NCBI GenBank assembly: GCA_002104905.1 | Contig: MCFE01000122.1 | Coordinates: forward strand, 97,639-161,638 | DNA length: 64,000 nucleotides | DNA from: Basidiobolus meristosporus CBS 931.73 | Lineage: Eukaryota; Fungi; Basidiobolomycota | Direction: 5' to 3' | In this document: positions 10,135 to 23,779 of the stretch, one piece after another | Layout of the letters: each line of letters starts with the position of its first letter | Position numbering within the stretch: the stretch's first letter is position 1 | Position numbers and translations under genes: made by a program | Notes under the pieces: generated by a model | Databases searched by the model: none | Told to the model about the DNA's origin: nothing | The model's input: the letters and a program-made list of their open reading frames with translations, nothing else

Positions 10135-13100
10135 ATGCCTCTTTAGTATATCTTAAATATACTTAAGCTGACTTGGGTGATAATCTGGGTACTTCTGTCT
10201 ATGAAGAACCTTATCCCTAAGTTGTAACTGAGTTCTCCCAGATTGGGCATCTTGAATTCTTTAGATAGGCTGGATTTAGTCAATTCCAATGACTCTAGGT
10301 TATTGGCGGCTATAATAAGATCACCATGTTGTAGAAGTTTGTATTTCCACCTAAATATTCACATAGCTTAGTCACTTTATCATTACCTTCATATCCTAGA
10401 GAATACTGACCAAATTCCTTGTTGGGATTTACTTAGAATATTTTCACCAAAATACCAGGTACCCAGAACATGAAAATTCTCAAAGTTGTCCAAACAGCCC
10501 CAAACTTTACACATGCTCTTGGGACCTTCCTTAACCTATTCTATATGTTTGTTATGTCAAGACCAGGTAAAAGTATAAATACTTTTACATTCAATAAATC
10601 ATTAAGTGAAAACCACATGATCTACTTGTTCTCCCAATCACTTCCAATGTCTCCAAGACTCTTGAAACAGGTTATGAGCCCCAAGCTGTCACTCTCCACA
10701 ATGTCTACTACTGCTATTACTGGAATTTTTCCGTATGCTGAAAAGCTGGATGGATCTAAGTACCAAGTGTGGAAGGTGAAGATGAAGATGCTGCTACAAG
10801 AAAGAGGCCTTTGGGATATTTGTCATGGGAGAAGAACACCCTCCTAAAAATGTGGGAGAGGAAGCCTTGAAGTACCAGAAGAAAGAACAAAGTGCCTTTA
10901 ACTGCATTTGCCTTAATGTTAAAGACAAATTGCTAATTCAATGCTAAAGAGCAAAAACAGCAAAGAATGCCTGGAAGGCATTAGAAGACACCTACCAGTC
11001 ATGTTCAGCTGCTAGGTAAATGTATCTGAGACAAAAAATCTTTACCACAAAGATGCTGCCAGGAGAAGAAATGAAAAATCTAATTAACAGAATTACCCTG
11101 CCGGTAGATGAGATGGAATCTGTGGGTGTACCAACTACTGATGAAGATGTGACAGTTACTATCCTGAATAGCCTGACAGACAGGTTTCAGGGCCTTGTAT
11201 CAGCCCTAGAGTCCAGAACTGAAGATTTGACCTTAAATTACGTATATGGAAGGCTCCTGGATGAAGAATTAAGAAAATCAAGCGCAAATAAGCAGGAAGA
11301 AGAAAATGCTTTAATAAGCAATGATAACCCACAAAGGAGGTACCCAAGACCCTACAAAGGCAACAGCAACCTGTTTTGTAACAACTGCAAAAAGAAAGGA
11401 CACACATCAGACCAGTGTCTCAGAAAAACAATAATCAGTAAAAGAAGCCTGAATATGGAAATGCTACAACAGCTGAAGATAGACTATTCATATCTGCACT
11501 AAATATGACCACAAACAAGGATTCTCAGATATGGTATATTGACTCTGGAGCATCTCAACACTTTACACACCAAAAAGAACTTTTTACCCAATATCAAGAA
11601 ATTTCAAATAAGAAGGTTTTCATGGGTGACAATAGAGCACTTGATGCAGTGGGAGAAGGAATTATCCAAGTAAACCTAAGAAGCAGTGAAGGAAGCCATA
11701 CACTGACTTTCAAAGAAGCACTCTATGTACCAGGAATAGCCAAGAACCTACTATTTGTAAGCAAGGCCACTGCAGTAGGACTCAGTTTCAGCTTTGACAA
11801 TTCTGGATGCAAGATCACTAATCAAAATGGTGCCCATATTGCTTTGGGTATCAGAGATCAGAATCTATACAAGCTGACTTACATTCCATCATATTTGGAA
11901 TCCAATATAAGTAACTTAAATGATGAAACACCAACGCTTTGGTACAGGAGATTTGAGCACATTAATTTTGATTATTTGAGCAAAATGATCAAAGATTAGC
12001 TAATTTCTGGAGTAAAATCTGATTGCTCAGCTAATTTGAAGCGCTGTGAAGTCTGCATATATTGGAAACAAGTCAGACAATCATTCAAGAGCTCTGGGTT
12101 AATCAAAACTAAGAAAAAATTAGATCTAATTCACTCAGATCTGTGTGGACCTATGCAAGATTTATCCTTAAGCGGGATGAGGTATTTAATCACTTTTATT
12201 GATGATTATACAAGATAAACATAGGTCTACTTCATGGAGAGAAAGGAAGAAGCTCTGTCTAAGTTCAGGGAGTTTAATGCCATGGTGGAGGGAGAAACTG
12301 GTGAAAAAATCAAGAAAATATGCTCACAATGGCGGAGAATATACCTCAAAACTCTTCATCCACTGCTGCAAAATTCATGGGATAAAGTACGAGACTACCG
12401 TACCATACTCCCCACAGCAAAATGGAGTAGCAGAGCGTGCTAATAGATCAATAATTGATATGGCAAGATATATGATCCATGATCAAAAATTGTCCTATGA
12501 TTTTTGGGCAGAATCAGTTGCAACTGCTGTATATCTTAAAAATAGGAGTTATAACAGAATACTTTGTGATTCTACTCCACTTGAAGCATGGTATGGATAC
12601 AGACCAAGTGCAGAACATCTAAGAATATTTGGGTGTACAGCACATGCCAAGAAACTGCCCGGAAATCAGTCAAAATTTGAGCCAAAAAGTGTAAAATCCA
12701 TATTTTTGAGCTACTGCAATGAGAGTAAAGCATACAGACTCTGACAATACCAAAGCAAAGAAGCTAATCAAGTCCAGGGATGTGTTGTTTGATGAGAAAT
12801 TAAAATTTTTGCAAAAAAGGATATCAGATGATGACAAAAATCTGATCTTAAATCCACCAATTGTTAGGATTGAATCAGAGCAAAACAATGAAAGTTTTTT
12901 CACTACAGTGTACTCTACAGCCATGGTTCAGCCAGAATCAGTGCCTAGGAATATCCCAGAAGTGATCATTTCAGTATCAAATGCCCAGAGATCCAATTGG
13001 ACAAGAAATAGCCCAAATTACTATATCAATGAGGGTACAAACTTAGCCTATGCCTATTCAGTCCATATTGATGAGCTCCAGATTGTAAAAGAGGCCCTAA

Positions 13101-16100
13101 ATAGCCCTCAGACAAAGTTTTGGAGATCTGCAATGACTGAGTAATATCAGGCCCTGATGGAAAATCAAACTTGGGACATAGTCAAATTACCAATCAACCA
13201 AAATCTATTGGATGCAGATGGGTCTTCAAGACAAAATACAAGGTTGATGGTACAATTGAAAGATACAAAGCAAGACTTGTAGCCAAAGGATACTCTCAAA
13301 CAAACGGACTTGACTATTCTGAGACCATTGCACCAGTAGCCAAGTTTAATTCCATCAGATTAATATTGGCTATTGCAGCCAAATATAAGCCTTTTATTCA
13401 TCAAATGGATATAAAAGCTGCATTTTTGAATGAAAAACTTAATGAGGAGGTGTATATGGACCAGCCTGATGGGTTTGTTGACCAAGATAACCCCCATTTG
13501 GTCTGCAAGCATAAAAAGTCACTTTATGGTCTCAAACAATCACCAAGAGTTTGGTATTGCAAGATAGATTCTTATTTGGAATCTTTGAGTTTCAAAAGGA
13601 GTAATGCTTACAATGATGTATACTATAAGCCAGATGGAGCAAATCCAGCTCTATTAGCTCTATATGTGGATGATCTTATTATAGCAGCCAAAAACCTAGA
13701 AACATTGGAAGAGACAAAATCCAGCCTATCTAAGGAGTTCATGATGTCTGATCTAGGAGAACTCAGTTACTACTTATGGATTAAGTTCTCCATAGACAGA
13801 AGTACCCAGACTATCACCCTAAGCCAATCCAAGTATATATTAGATATACTAAAGAATTACCAAATGGAAGACTGTAAACAGCAGCTACCCCAATGGAGAC
13901 AAACCTTAACTTGGTCAAAACTCACCAAATCAAGAGAGCTTGATGCTGTCTGATAGCCCTGACTTTCCTTATCAATCTACGATCAGCAGTCTGATGTATA
14001 TCATGCTTGGACATGTCCAGATATCTCATATTCAGTGGGAGTTGTCAGCCAACATAATCAGAGCTATGGATCTGATTATATTGCAGCAGTTGAGGGGATT
14101 TTTAGATACTTAAAAGGAACTGCTGATATCTGCTTAAGATACACCTATAAGGATTCAGAACAGGATCTTGTGGGATACTCTGATGCTGATTGGGGACAAA
14201 ACTTGGAAGACAGAAGATCTACCACAGGATACATCTTTCTTTACTGCAAAGGAGCAATTTCATGGAACTCAAGAAAGCAACCAACCATAGCACTTTCTAC
14301 CACAGAGGCAGAGTATATGGCAGCCTATGAAGCTACAAAAGAGGCAATGTGGCTAAGAAAGCTTTTCAAAGATTTAGGCCTATGTCAAAAAAAGCCTATT
14401 ACTTTATTTCAAGATGATCAAGGATGTGTACAATTAGGTAGAAATCCAACTTTTCATGCTAGAACCAAGTACATAGATATTAGACATCATTTCATACATG
14501 AAGCTATAGAGAATAACTTAGTTAGCTTGGTTAACTTTCCTACAGATGAGATGATTGCAGATATACTTACCAAACCATTAGCTAGAGTCAAATTTGAATA
14601 TCTTAGGTCAAAATTAGGACTAGTCAATATGAACATTTAGCTAAGTGGGAGTGTCGTAAAAATTTGTATTTACACCTAAATACTCACATAACTTAGTCAC
14701 TTTATCATTACATTCATATCCTAGAAAATACTGACCAAATTCCTTGTCAAGATTTACTTGAGATATTTTCACCAAAATACCAGGTACCCAGAACATGAAA
14801 ATTCTCAAAGTTGTCCAAACAGCCCCAAACTTTACACATGCTCTTGGGACCTTCCTTAACCTATTCTATATGTTCGTTATGTCAAGACCAGGTAAAAGTA
14901 TAAATACTTTTACATTCAATAAATCATTAAGTGAAAACCACATGATCTACTTGTTCTCCCAATCACTTCCAATATCTCCAAGACTCTTACAGTACAGCAG
15001 CATATAGAGCTAATAGAACTGGACTTGCTCTATCTGACATATAGCATATACTATAGTCAGCAATATTTCTTTTGAATCTCAAAGATTCCAAATAAGGATC
15101 TATTTTGCAATTCCAGGCTCTTGTTGATTGTTTGAGTCCATATAGTGATTTTTTGGGCTTGCAGACCAAATGGGGTTATCTTGGTCAGCAAACCCATCAG
15201 ACTGGTTCATATAAATGTCCTCATCAAGTTCTCCATTCAAAAATGCAGCTTCTGCATCCATTTGATGTATAAACAACTTATATTTGGCTGCTATAGCAAG
15301 TGTGAATTGGATGGAATCAAACTTGGCTACCAGTGCAAAGGCCTCAATATAGTCAAGTCCTTTTGATTGAGAGTATTCTTTTGCCACAAATCTTGCTTTG
15401 AACCTCTCAGTTGTACCATCAGTCATGTATTTTGTCTTAGAGACCCATCTGCATCTAATTGATTTTTGGTTGACTGTTGACTTGACCAAGTCCCAAGTTT
15501 GATTTTCCATTAAGGCCTGATATTCTTCATTCATCACAGATCTCAAAACTTTGTCTGAGTAACTCAGGCTATTTCTTGTCCAGTGGGATCTCCATGCATT
15601 TGATATGGAAATGATCACTTCTGGGATATTTCTGGGTACTGCTCCAGGGTGAACCATTGATGTAGAGTCCTCTCAAGTGAGAATATTCTTGTTGTTTTGC
15701 TCTGATTCAATCCTGTCAATTTGTGGACTTGAGATCCAATTTTCATCATCATCTGACATCATTTTTTGTGAATGTATTGAATTTTCAGCAAGCAGCACAT
15801 CCTTGGACTTGGTCAGCTTCTTTGCTTTGGGATTGTAGAGTTTGTATGCTTTACCCTCATTGCAGTAGCCCAAAAATATGTGGTTTACACTTTTTGGCTC
15901 AAATCTTGGCTGATTTCCAGGCAGTGTCTTGGCATATGCTGACACTCAAATATACTTACATGATCTGCATGTGGTTGGAGTAGAATAAAAAAGTATTCTT
16001 CTATAACTTCTATTTTTAAGGTAAACAGCTGTGGCAACTGATTCCACAAAAAAACCAGAGGATAATTTCTCATAATGGGTCAGAGATCTTGACATATCAA

Positions 16101-18230
16101 TTGTTGCTCTCATTGCACATTCTGCTACTCCATTTTGCTGTGGGGAGTATGGTAAAGTAGTACCTTGCTTTATCCCATGAGCTTTGCAGAGGTGGATGAA
16201 GAGTTTTCAGGTATATTCTTTGCCATTTTCAGAGCATACCATCTTGATTTTTCATCGGTTTTTCTCTCCACCATGGCTTTGAGCTCCCTGAGCAAAGATA
16301 GAGCTTCATCCTTTCTGTCCCTGAAGTAGACCCATGTGTATCTTGTATAATCATCACAAATCAAACCAAATATAATATCCCACCTACGGATAACTATGCA
16401 TAGGTCCACACAGATCTGAGTTAGTTTGATCTAGTTTCTTCTTAGTTTTCATTAATCTGGAGCTCTTGAACAGTTGTCTGGCTTATTGCCCATATATGCA
16501 GGCTTCACAGTGCTCCAAATAAGCTGGGGGATCAATTGCTACTCTGGAAATTAGCTGATCTTTGATCATCTTGTGCCAATGATCAAAATTGATATGTTCA
16601 AATCTCCTGTGCCAAAGCATTGGTGTTTCTTCATTCAAGCCATCATATTGGCTTCCAGATACTATATAATATAGGTCAGCTTGTACAGATTTTGATTTCT
16701 AATGCCCAAAGCAACATGAGCACCATTTTGATCAGTGATCCTCCATTCAGAACTATCAAAGCTGAAACTGAGTCCTTCTGCTGTGGCCTTGCTTACAGAC
16801 AGTGGGTTTGTGGCTATTTCAGGTACATAGAGTAGCTCTTTGAAGGTCAGTGTATAGCTTTCTTTACTGCTTCTAAGGTTTACTTGGATAGTTCCTTCTC
16901 CCACTGCATCAAGTGTTCTAATGTCACCCACAAAAACCTTCTTGATTGAAATTTCTTGATATTGGGTAAGAAGTTCTTTTTGTTGTGTAAAGTGTGAGAT
17001 GCTCCAGAGTCAGTACACCATGTCTAAGAATCCTGTTTTGTAGTCATAAATAGCTCAGATATGAATAGTCTACCTTCAGTTGTTGCTAAGTTTCCATATT
17101 CAGGTGTTTTCTGCTGACTATCTCACTTTTCAAGCACCAGTCTGATGTGGGTCCTTTCCTTTTGCAGAAGCTGCAAAACAGGTTGGTATTATCTTTAAAA
17201 GGTCATGGGTATCTGCTTTGATGGTTTTCATTGCTTAGTAAAGCATTTTCTTCTTGCTTCTTATTGGTGCTTGATTTTCTTAATTCTTCATCCAGGAGCC
17301 TTCCATATACACAATTTAAGGTCAAATCTTCAGTTCTGGCCTCTAGGGCTGTTACAAGGCACTGAAACCTGTCTGTCAGGCTATTCAGGATGGTAACTAT
17401 CACATCCTCATCAGTAGTTGGTATGACCACATATTCCATCTCATCCAGCAGCAGGGTGATTATATTATTTAGATTATTAATTTCTTCTCCTGATAGCATC
17501 TTTGTAGTAAAGAACTCTTGTCTGAAATACATTTTCTTGGCAGCTAAACATGACTGGTAGGTGTCTTCTAATGCCTTCCAGGGACTCTTTGCTGTTTTTG
17601 CTCTTGAGCATTGAATTAGCAGTTTGTTCTTGACATTGAGGCAAATGCAGTTAAAGGCACTTTGTTCTTTCATCTGGTACTTCAAGGATCTCTCTCCCAT
17701 GTTTTTAAGAGGGCATTCTACTCCCATGACAATATCCCACGGTCCTCTTTCTTGAAGTAACAACTTCATCATCACCTTTCATACTTGGTAGCTATATCCA
17801 TCCAAGCTTTCAGTAGACAGAAAAATTCCAGTGATAGCAGTAGTAAACACTGCAAAGAGTGACACCTTGGGGCTTATAACATGCTGCCAGAATCTTGGAT
17901 ATATTGGAAGTAATTGGGAGATCAAGTAGAGTATGCGGACTTCACTTAATGATCTATTGAATGTAAAAGTAGTATTGATACTTTTACACAGTATTGGCAT
18001 AACAAACACATAGAATAGGTTGATGAAGGTCTCAAGAGCATGTGTGCAAAGTTTGGGGCTGTTTGGATAACTTTGAGAATTTTCATGTTCTGGGTACCTG
18101 ATATATTGGTGAAAATATTCCAAGTAAATCCAGACAAGGAATTTGGTCAGTATTCTCTAGGATTGGAAGGTAATGGTCTCAGTGACTAAGCTAGGAGAAT
18201 ATTTAGGTGGAATTTTATACTTCTACAACA
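10135..18230 (-). mobile_element. Ty1/copia copy B (5' LTR 17882-18230; gag-PR-IN-RT 15000-17880; RT continuation 10135-10326), interrupted by copy A
   Basis: LTR homologous to 10327-10669, decayed PBS TGTTATAAGCCC, gag (QERGPWDIV), integrase and RT fragments. The RT LALY|VDDLII motif is split across 15000 and 10326. Confidence 0.9.
10327..14991 (+). mobile_element. Near full-length Ty1/copia copy A with two LTRs (10327-10669; 14652-~14991), inactivated by stops and frameshifts
   Basis: Order gag (LDGSKYQVWKVKM; CNNCKKKGHTSDQC), protease (WYIDSGASQH), integrase (IHSDLCGP; NGVAERANR), RT (YVDDL), RNase H (YSDADWG). PBS GGTTATGAGCCC at 10670-10681; PPT AAGTGGGAG at 14643-14651. Confidence 0.96.
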
Positions 18231-18339
18231 TGCAAAAGGTCAATTTTTCCACACTGCTGCCATTTTGATAGCCTCATTGCAGGATCCTGATGGCTGGCCC
18301 ATATTAGATCCAATCATGTGACTTATTGCCTTCATAGGG
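18231..18339. mobile_element. Isolated CMC-family terminal fragment
   Basis: CCTCATTGCAGGATCCTGA...TTCATAGGG is homologous to the terminus at 26690-26759. Confidence 0.65.
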
Positions 18340-19261
18340 TGAGTGTGAGACATCTTTTGGCCTGCCTGAGTATTTGAAATATGGAAAATACAGTGATAGC
18401 TCAGAAGTAGAAGACTCACCAATGAATTGTGAGCCTAACTTCCCTCACAACAGTATCCTGCAAGAAACCTGCAAACCTCCATATGCAACAAGATATCACC
18501 TGTGGAAAAAATGCCAATCATACTCTATGGAGCCAAGTGAGCCCAGTAATCCACTCAACAGTAAAGGATGTGATGTTGTGGCCCATAAAGTGATGTGTTT
18601 TCACTAATATCAGTAATAGGCCCTATGAAAAATAATTTGGTCCCACGGATGGATCTGGACCAGATCATACGTCAAGATCCCGTTTAGAGACCATCATAAT
18701 AACAGCAGCTTGGAATTAGTGACCTTCCTGACAATCTTATAACAAGATCATGACGATGTTTTGCAAGTTTTACAGCCAAATAAAGGGATAAAGCATGACA
18801 ATTTTTGATTGGTGCTGTGACAATATTTGCATGGCATTGTTGCGGTTTTTCAGCACGCTATTACTATTTTGAGTGGATCCAGTTGCATGCACACCTGCCG
18901 CAATTGACATACTTCTATCACCTTGACTTTATGGCGTTTTGGTGTGATACTTGCAAAGTTGCCATATACCTTGTACTGCTGGTGGCATATACATCTTGCA
19001 AACATATGCTTGGTTGTTGCCACTTTGGCCAGGAATACCTCCTGAATATCCGCAAAGAACTTCTTGGTACTTAGCCAATATATTTCTTCTCCCTGCTAGA
19101 TTCTAGTCCCCCTTATAGGTGCACTCTGGCTCTTGTTTGTGTGAACTCTGTATTGAATGGTGTAGAAGTTGGCTTGTGACCACAAGAAATCTGGCATATC
19201 TTGGTGGAGTTTTCCTGATAAAAATTAGTTGCTTGTTGCACCCAACCCAACTTTGCATTAC

Positions 19262-21496
19262 TTACCTGATTACCCACACATTGGGGCTGCTTAGCTTCTT
19301 AATGCCATAGGCATAGGTGTCTCCATGTGCACATTTGTCCTCAGTATTTTCCAACTCTTTCTGGCTGTTGTCCATGTGCCAACTCATCACATCCGTGATG
19401 GACTTGAAGGTAATATTCTTGATGAGATTGGGATATGGTAGTACCTGCAACTTGACTTGTCTTCCTATCTCCCCACACATCCGCTCCATAGGAAACTCCC
19501 AAAAGGTGAAGCAAGGCCCAATATTCTCCACACACCATGCAAGATGGGGTAGAGAATGTATACAGTAGCAGCAGAGACCTACGCATTCAGCTTTATGTTT
19601 GTAGTATAGCCGCTCAAATCCCATCACAAACTCCTCACACAACAGCTGTAGATGCATCAAGTTGCCATTGGTGATCTGCTTCTGGATAAATATTCCTACA
19701 ATGTCCACATATGACTCCCAATGCTTCCAATGTACTCTTGGTAGGAATGGCTTCAGAACACCACTTGAATAAATACATGTCCAGCTCATCCAGTCTTTGC
19801 ATTTGTATTGTTGCATATGCATATGAATATTAATTGGAGCCCATGAGAAGTACTTAGGGTAGCAGATACTCTGTAATATCTTGCCAATTCTTTCAAACTT
19901 CTCCAGCATCTTGAAGGGCTCATTTAGCTTGAAATGCCCCATGTACAACTTGGTCATCAGTAAAGGGGTATTGTTGAAAAGCAAATGCATTGCTCCCAGT
20001 GGAAAGCTTTTGCTCCAACAGATACCCTCTATCTTAAGTATCTCCGGTTTCCAATTGATTCCATATTCTGGCCAATGGCTTATAGCTTGCCAACTATGCT
20101 GCAATTGCATGCTTACTTCTGTATGTTGTCTCTGTAGAAAGATGATGTTCTTAGTGCTGGTGCTTGGGTAATAATAATGTGTGTGAGTTATGGAGTAAAT
20201 CCCCTGGATCTCACATATTTGACAGCAATACTTGCCATTGTGCCCGGAAAAACCTGCTATCTTGCTGATGGCTGGGGTATCTCCAATGCAGATAATAATA
20301 TGCAATTATACATGATGGCCATTTACCGTTATCCCACTGGAAAGCATACAAAATTCATTCAGCAATGGATACAGGTAGCTATCCAGGTTGGACGGGGATT
20401 TAGGCCCAGATACCAGTGAGACTAGCATCAGATTATTGCTTTGATACCGTAAGATGGGCGGCAGATTCAGAATGATGAGAATCAGTGGCCAGCAGGATTT
20501 GCTGGTAGAGTACTTGTTTAATGAGAATCCATCAAGTGCTAAAGCAAAGGCATGGTCATACATACCTTCAAAGTAGCCCTTGCTTCTTAGCTGTTTGTAA
20601 TGTTTGCCATCAAATATATTGGATATGTTTGCACTTGATTGATACTGAGTGCAGTACTGTATAGCTTTGCAATATTTGTTGGACTGTATCAGCTTCCTCA
20701 GACAGGGTATGACTGGAATATGTCCGGAGTGTGACCAATGTTTTCCCTCAATGGTGGTGGATTCCTGACAGTTTGGACATGTTGCAATGGTAGCATTTTT
20801 GGATGTGAATGCCATGCAACTGTTAACACATGCTGGAATCAAGACAGTCTCTAGATCATATGATGCCAGCAGCATGACGGTTGTCCACTTGTACCATGTA
20901 CATGGTAAGTTGCATCCCGGTATGATTTTGGCAAGAAGTAGTAATAAATCCTCAAAGCCCCCATTACTGATATTGGTGGAAACGCTCCACTTCTCTAGCC
21001 ACAACATTACATCATTCACCAGTAGATGGATTACTAGGCTCACTTGGCTCCATAAAGTATCCTTGGCATTTGTTTCAATGGGTGTTGTCTCATTGCATAT
21101 AGGGATTTGACCAGGCTCATACGTGGTACTGTTGTAAGGGGAGATAGGCTCAAAATCCACCAGTGAACCTTCTTTGTCAGAGCTATCACTCTGCATGCCA
21201 TATTCAGAAGGCTGAGGTGAGCCTAAAGGTGTCACAAACTCACCTGACTCAGTCTGCGCAAGGTGACAAAGACGGCCAGGTGCCAATATAGAAGTATCAA
21301 CTGGCCAGCAAGATAATGTTGGTACAGTAGTGACCAATGAATGGTCAAATATGACTTGGGTGGCAAGACACTGGCCATAATCCTTGTAATACTTCCTATG
21401 CTGTCTGCATGCTTCATGGCTGAGTGGCTTGCCACAATAGCCACATGGTCTTTTTTCTCTTCTCTTATGGTGTTGAGTCAAAGTAGTCTTGTCCAT
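19262..21496 (-). pseudogene. Transposase of copy 2 (Transposase_21-like), one frame with a single internal TAA at 20306-20308; homology continues, frameshifted, to about 18850
   Basis: ORFs 20306-21496 and 19262-20305 are contiguous and in frame. N-terminal CGYC..H zinc motif, CVNSC..F...CPNC, LALDGF...SCWP...NLPP..R, IGDTPAISK, GKYCCQIC, FWEFPMERMCG. Confidence 0.93.
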
Positions 21497-21718
21497 GGGG
21501 CAAACAGTTTGACCTTCAACAACGTAATACTATTATATCACTTTTTGGTCAATACTCATGTGAACTTAATACAGTCTTGTATTTGAGACATTGCACCTAC
21601 ATGAATGTAAGATTCAATGATGACCCACCATAGTAAGCATTATTAATAAAGTTGTGGCACCACATACACATGTATATGTAACACTATTTCCCCTTTGGTT
21701 TGACTCATTTCCATATAT

Positions 21719-23779
21719 ATGCTGCCAAAAATTAAAGTAAAGTCATCTGGTTCTCAACCAAACCCCACCGCTGATGGCAACAGAAGAACGGTTGGACAAC
21801 AGCTTGCTTTGACATTCAGTGCAACAAGTGGGGCTACATCCAAAAAAGGCCCTGTGGACAGTGTGCCCATTGAAGGTAATAATGCGGACTCCTCAGGCTC
21901 TCAGTCAAGTAGGCAATTGAGAACCTCTGTGGAGCCACAAGCTGACCGTTATGCTCAGGCAGATGAGAATGTAGCAAACACAGTACCCTCTGTTGAAGAT
22001 CAGCAAGTGGCCATGATAACATCACCACCACCCATATTAGCAAGTATGTTGTCAGCTCATACCAAAGCATTAATGAAGCAATTAGGTGCAGTGGCTGATA
22101 GGATAGATGCAATGGCCCAGAGAAATCAGGAAGTAGTCCAGAAACAGGATGAGCGGATAATATGTGTAGAGCAATCAATATCCCAGGTAGAGAAAGCAGT
22201 ATCTTTGCTGCAAAGAAGGAACTCAAGTAGCTCAATGTCACAGCCAAGAATTGAGCCATTTCCCAATGTAACAACAGAGGAACACCATACAGTCTTCAAA
22301 GCACAACAACAATGCCCCAAGATAAAGCCCACAGAAAAACCTATCATAGCATGGAAAGGAGACAATGTGGTGTTTATACCAAAGCCTAAAAATCAAAAGA
22401 AATTGAAGATCCATGAAGCTGTTGAGTGCAATAATGAAGAGTGGGCTAATATACAAGAGGCCGTCAGAAGTCTAGCACACCATCACCTTAAGGCCAGCAT
22501 ACCATGGGACTATCAGGAGCTCAAGGCCAAGCACAATATGCTTGACTTGTTCCATGAGCATTATCCTGGATTCAAACAGGCAAACAGATTTTGGGCCAGC
22601 ATTGGTATGCTAGGAAAGTATCTGAAGAATAGCAGAAACTATCAAAGGCAGAAGTACAAGGGTGCCATGGCTAAAAACCAGTGGCTTCCTCAAGAGCCCA
22701 TTACAAGCAGGGCCAAAAGCTCCAGACAAGCGTCAAAGAGATGTCAGGCAGCTAGAAGAGTGTCAATGAAAGACAAGCAGGCAGACATGGATGCACCAGC
22801 ACAACATTTATCAAGGAAAAAGCGTAGTACCACTTAAGAAGCGCCCTGTTAAAGTAGCAGTGAAGGACCTGGCAGTGATAAAAACCAGCTGCTTTTACAG
22901 GAGCCCGTCACAACTATGGTTGAGAGGTCAAAACAAGCTGATAAGAAACATCAGGTTGCCAGAAGAGTGCCAGCAAGGGACAAGCAGGCCAAAACAGATG
23001 TGTCAGAGCAGAATTTATCCAGGAGAAAACGTAGTTCTTTACAAGAAGCACTCAGACATAGTAGCAGTGAAAGACCTGGCAGTGATAAAGGAAAAGGTAA
23101 AGGGAAAAATGTCTACCCAAGCCTGAGACAGGGAGGCATGCAAAAAAAACCGCAGATCTTGCCAATTAATGCTGCAAGCCAGGAACAGACTGAATCCCAT
23201 CATAGCCAAGAGTAATTACCAACAAGAAAACAGCTGTTTTCACAAGAGTTGGAAGCGCAGCCAGTTGAGCTACACTCCAGCAAGGTAGATGAGTTTGCTG
23301 AAAAAGGCAATTTGTCTACCACAGCCTCCATTGTTGATAGAGTGGAGATCCCACTGACAGACAAGGCTACAATGTCAAGAGCTCAAAAGACTATCACAAT
23401 GCCTTCAGTGGAGTTTTGGAACATTAATAGGCACACCAAGAGGTTGCAGCACTTCTTCAAGAGTGGTGCTCAAGAAAACACACTGGAATATAGCAAAGAT
23501 TTATTACAAAGGCTGGCAGATGAGGAGCTAGACCTTGCAGTGCTGGCTAAAGACCAGGACATGTGGGAACCAGTGATTGAACAGTGGCATAAAGCCATTG
23601 GGTTCCGGCCAAAGTCTTGGAACCAGAGCATTACAGCAGAAATACTTATTGAGTGGTGGATTTTAATGGAGTTACTTGTTGAGTGTGGGGTTGGGCTTAA
23701 TGTTAGTGTAGGGTATAGAGACTTGTATAGGTCAATACAATTGGCAATTGAGGTGCAACTGAAGTTTCAACGGAAATAA
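21719..23779 (+). pseudogene. Accessory ORF of copy 2 (about 686 codons when read through three TAA stops), unknown function, coiled-coil and basic segments
   Basis: ORFs starting 21719, 22916 and 23249 share one frame (offsets 1197 and 1530 nt). Stops at 22835, 22850 and 23213. Confidence 0.8.

Noticed and set aside
10470-10669. LTR-encoded ORF MKILKVVQ... in frame with gag (also at 14795 and in copy B)
   Set aside because: Its ATG lies upstream of the TATA-like GTATAAATA (~10573) and the frame is broken in copies B and C; likely fortuitous.
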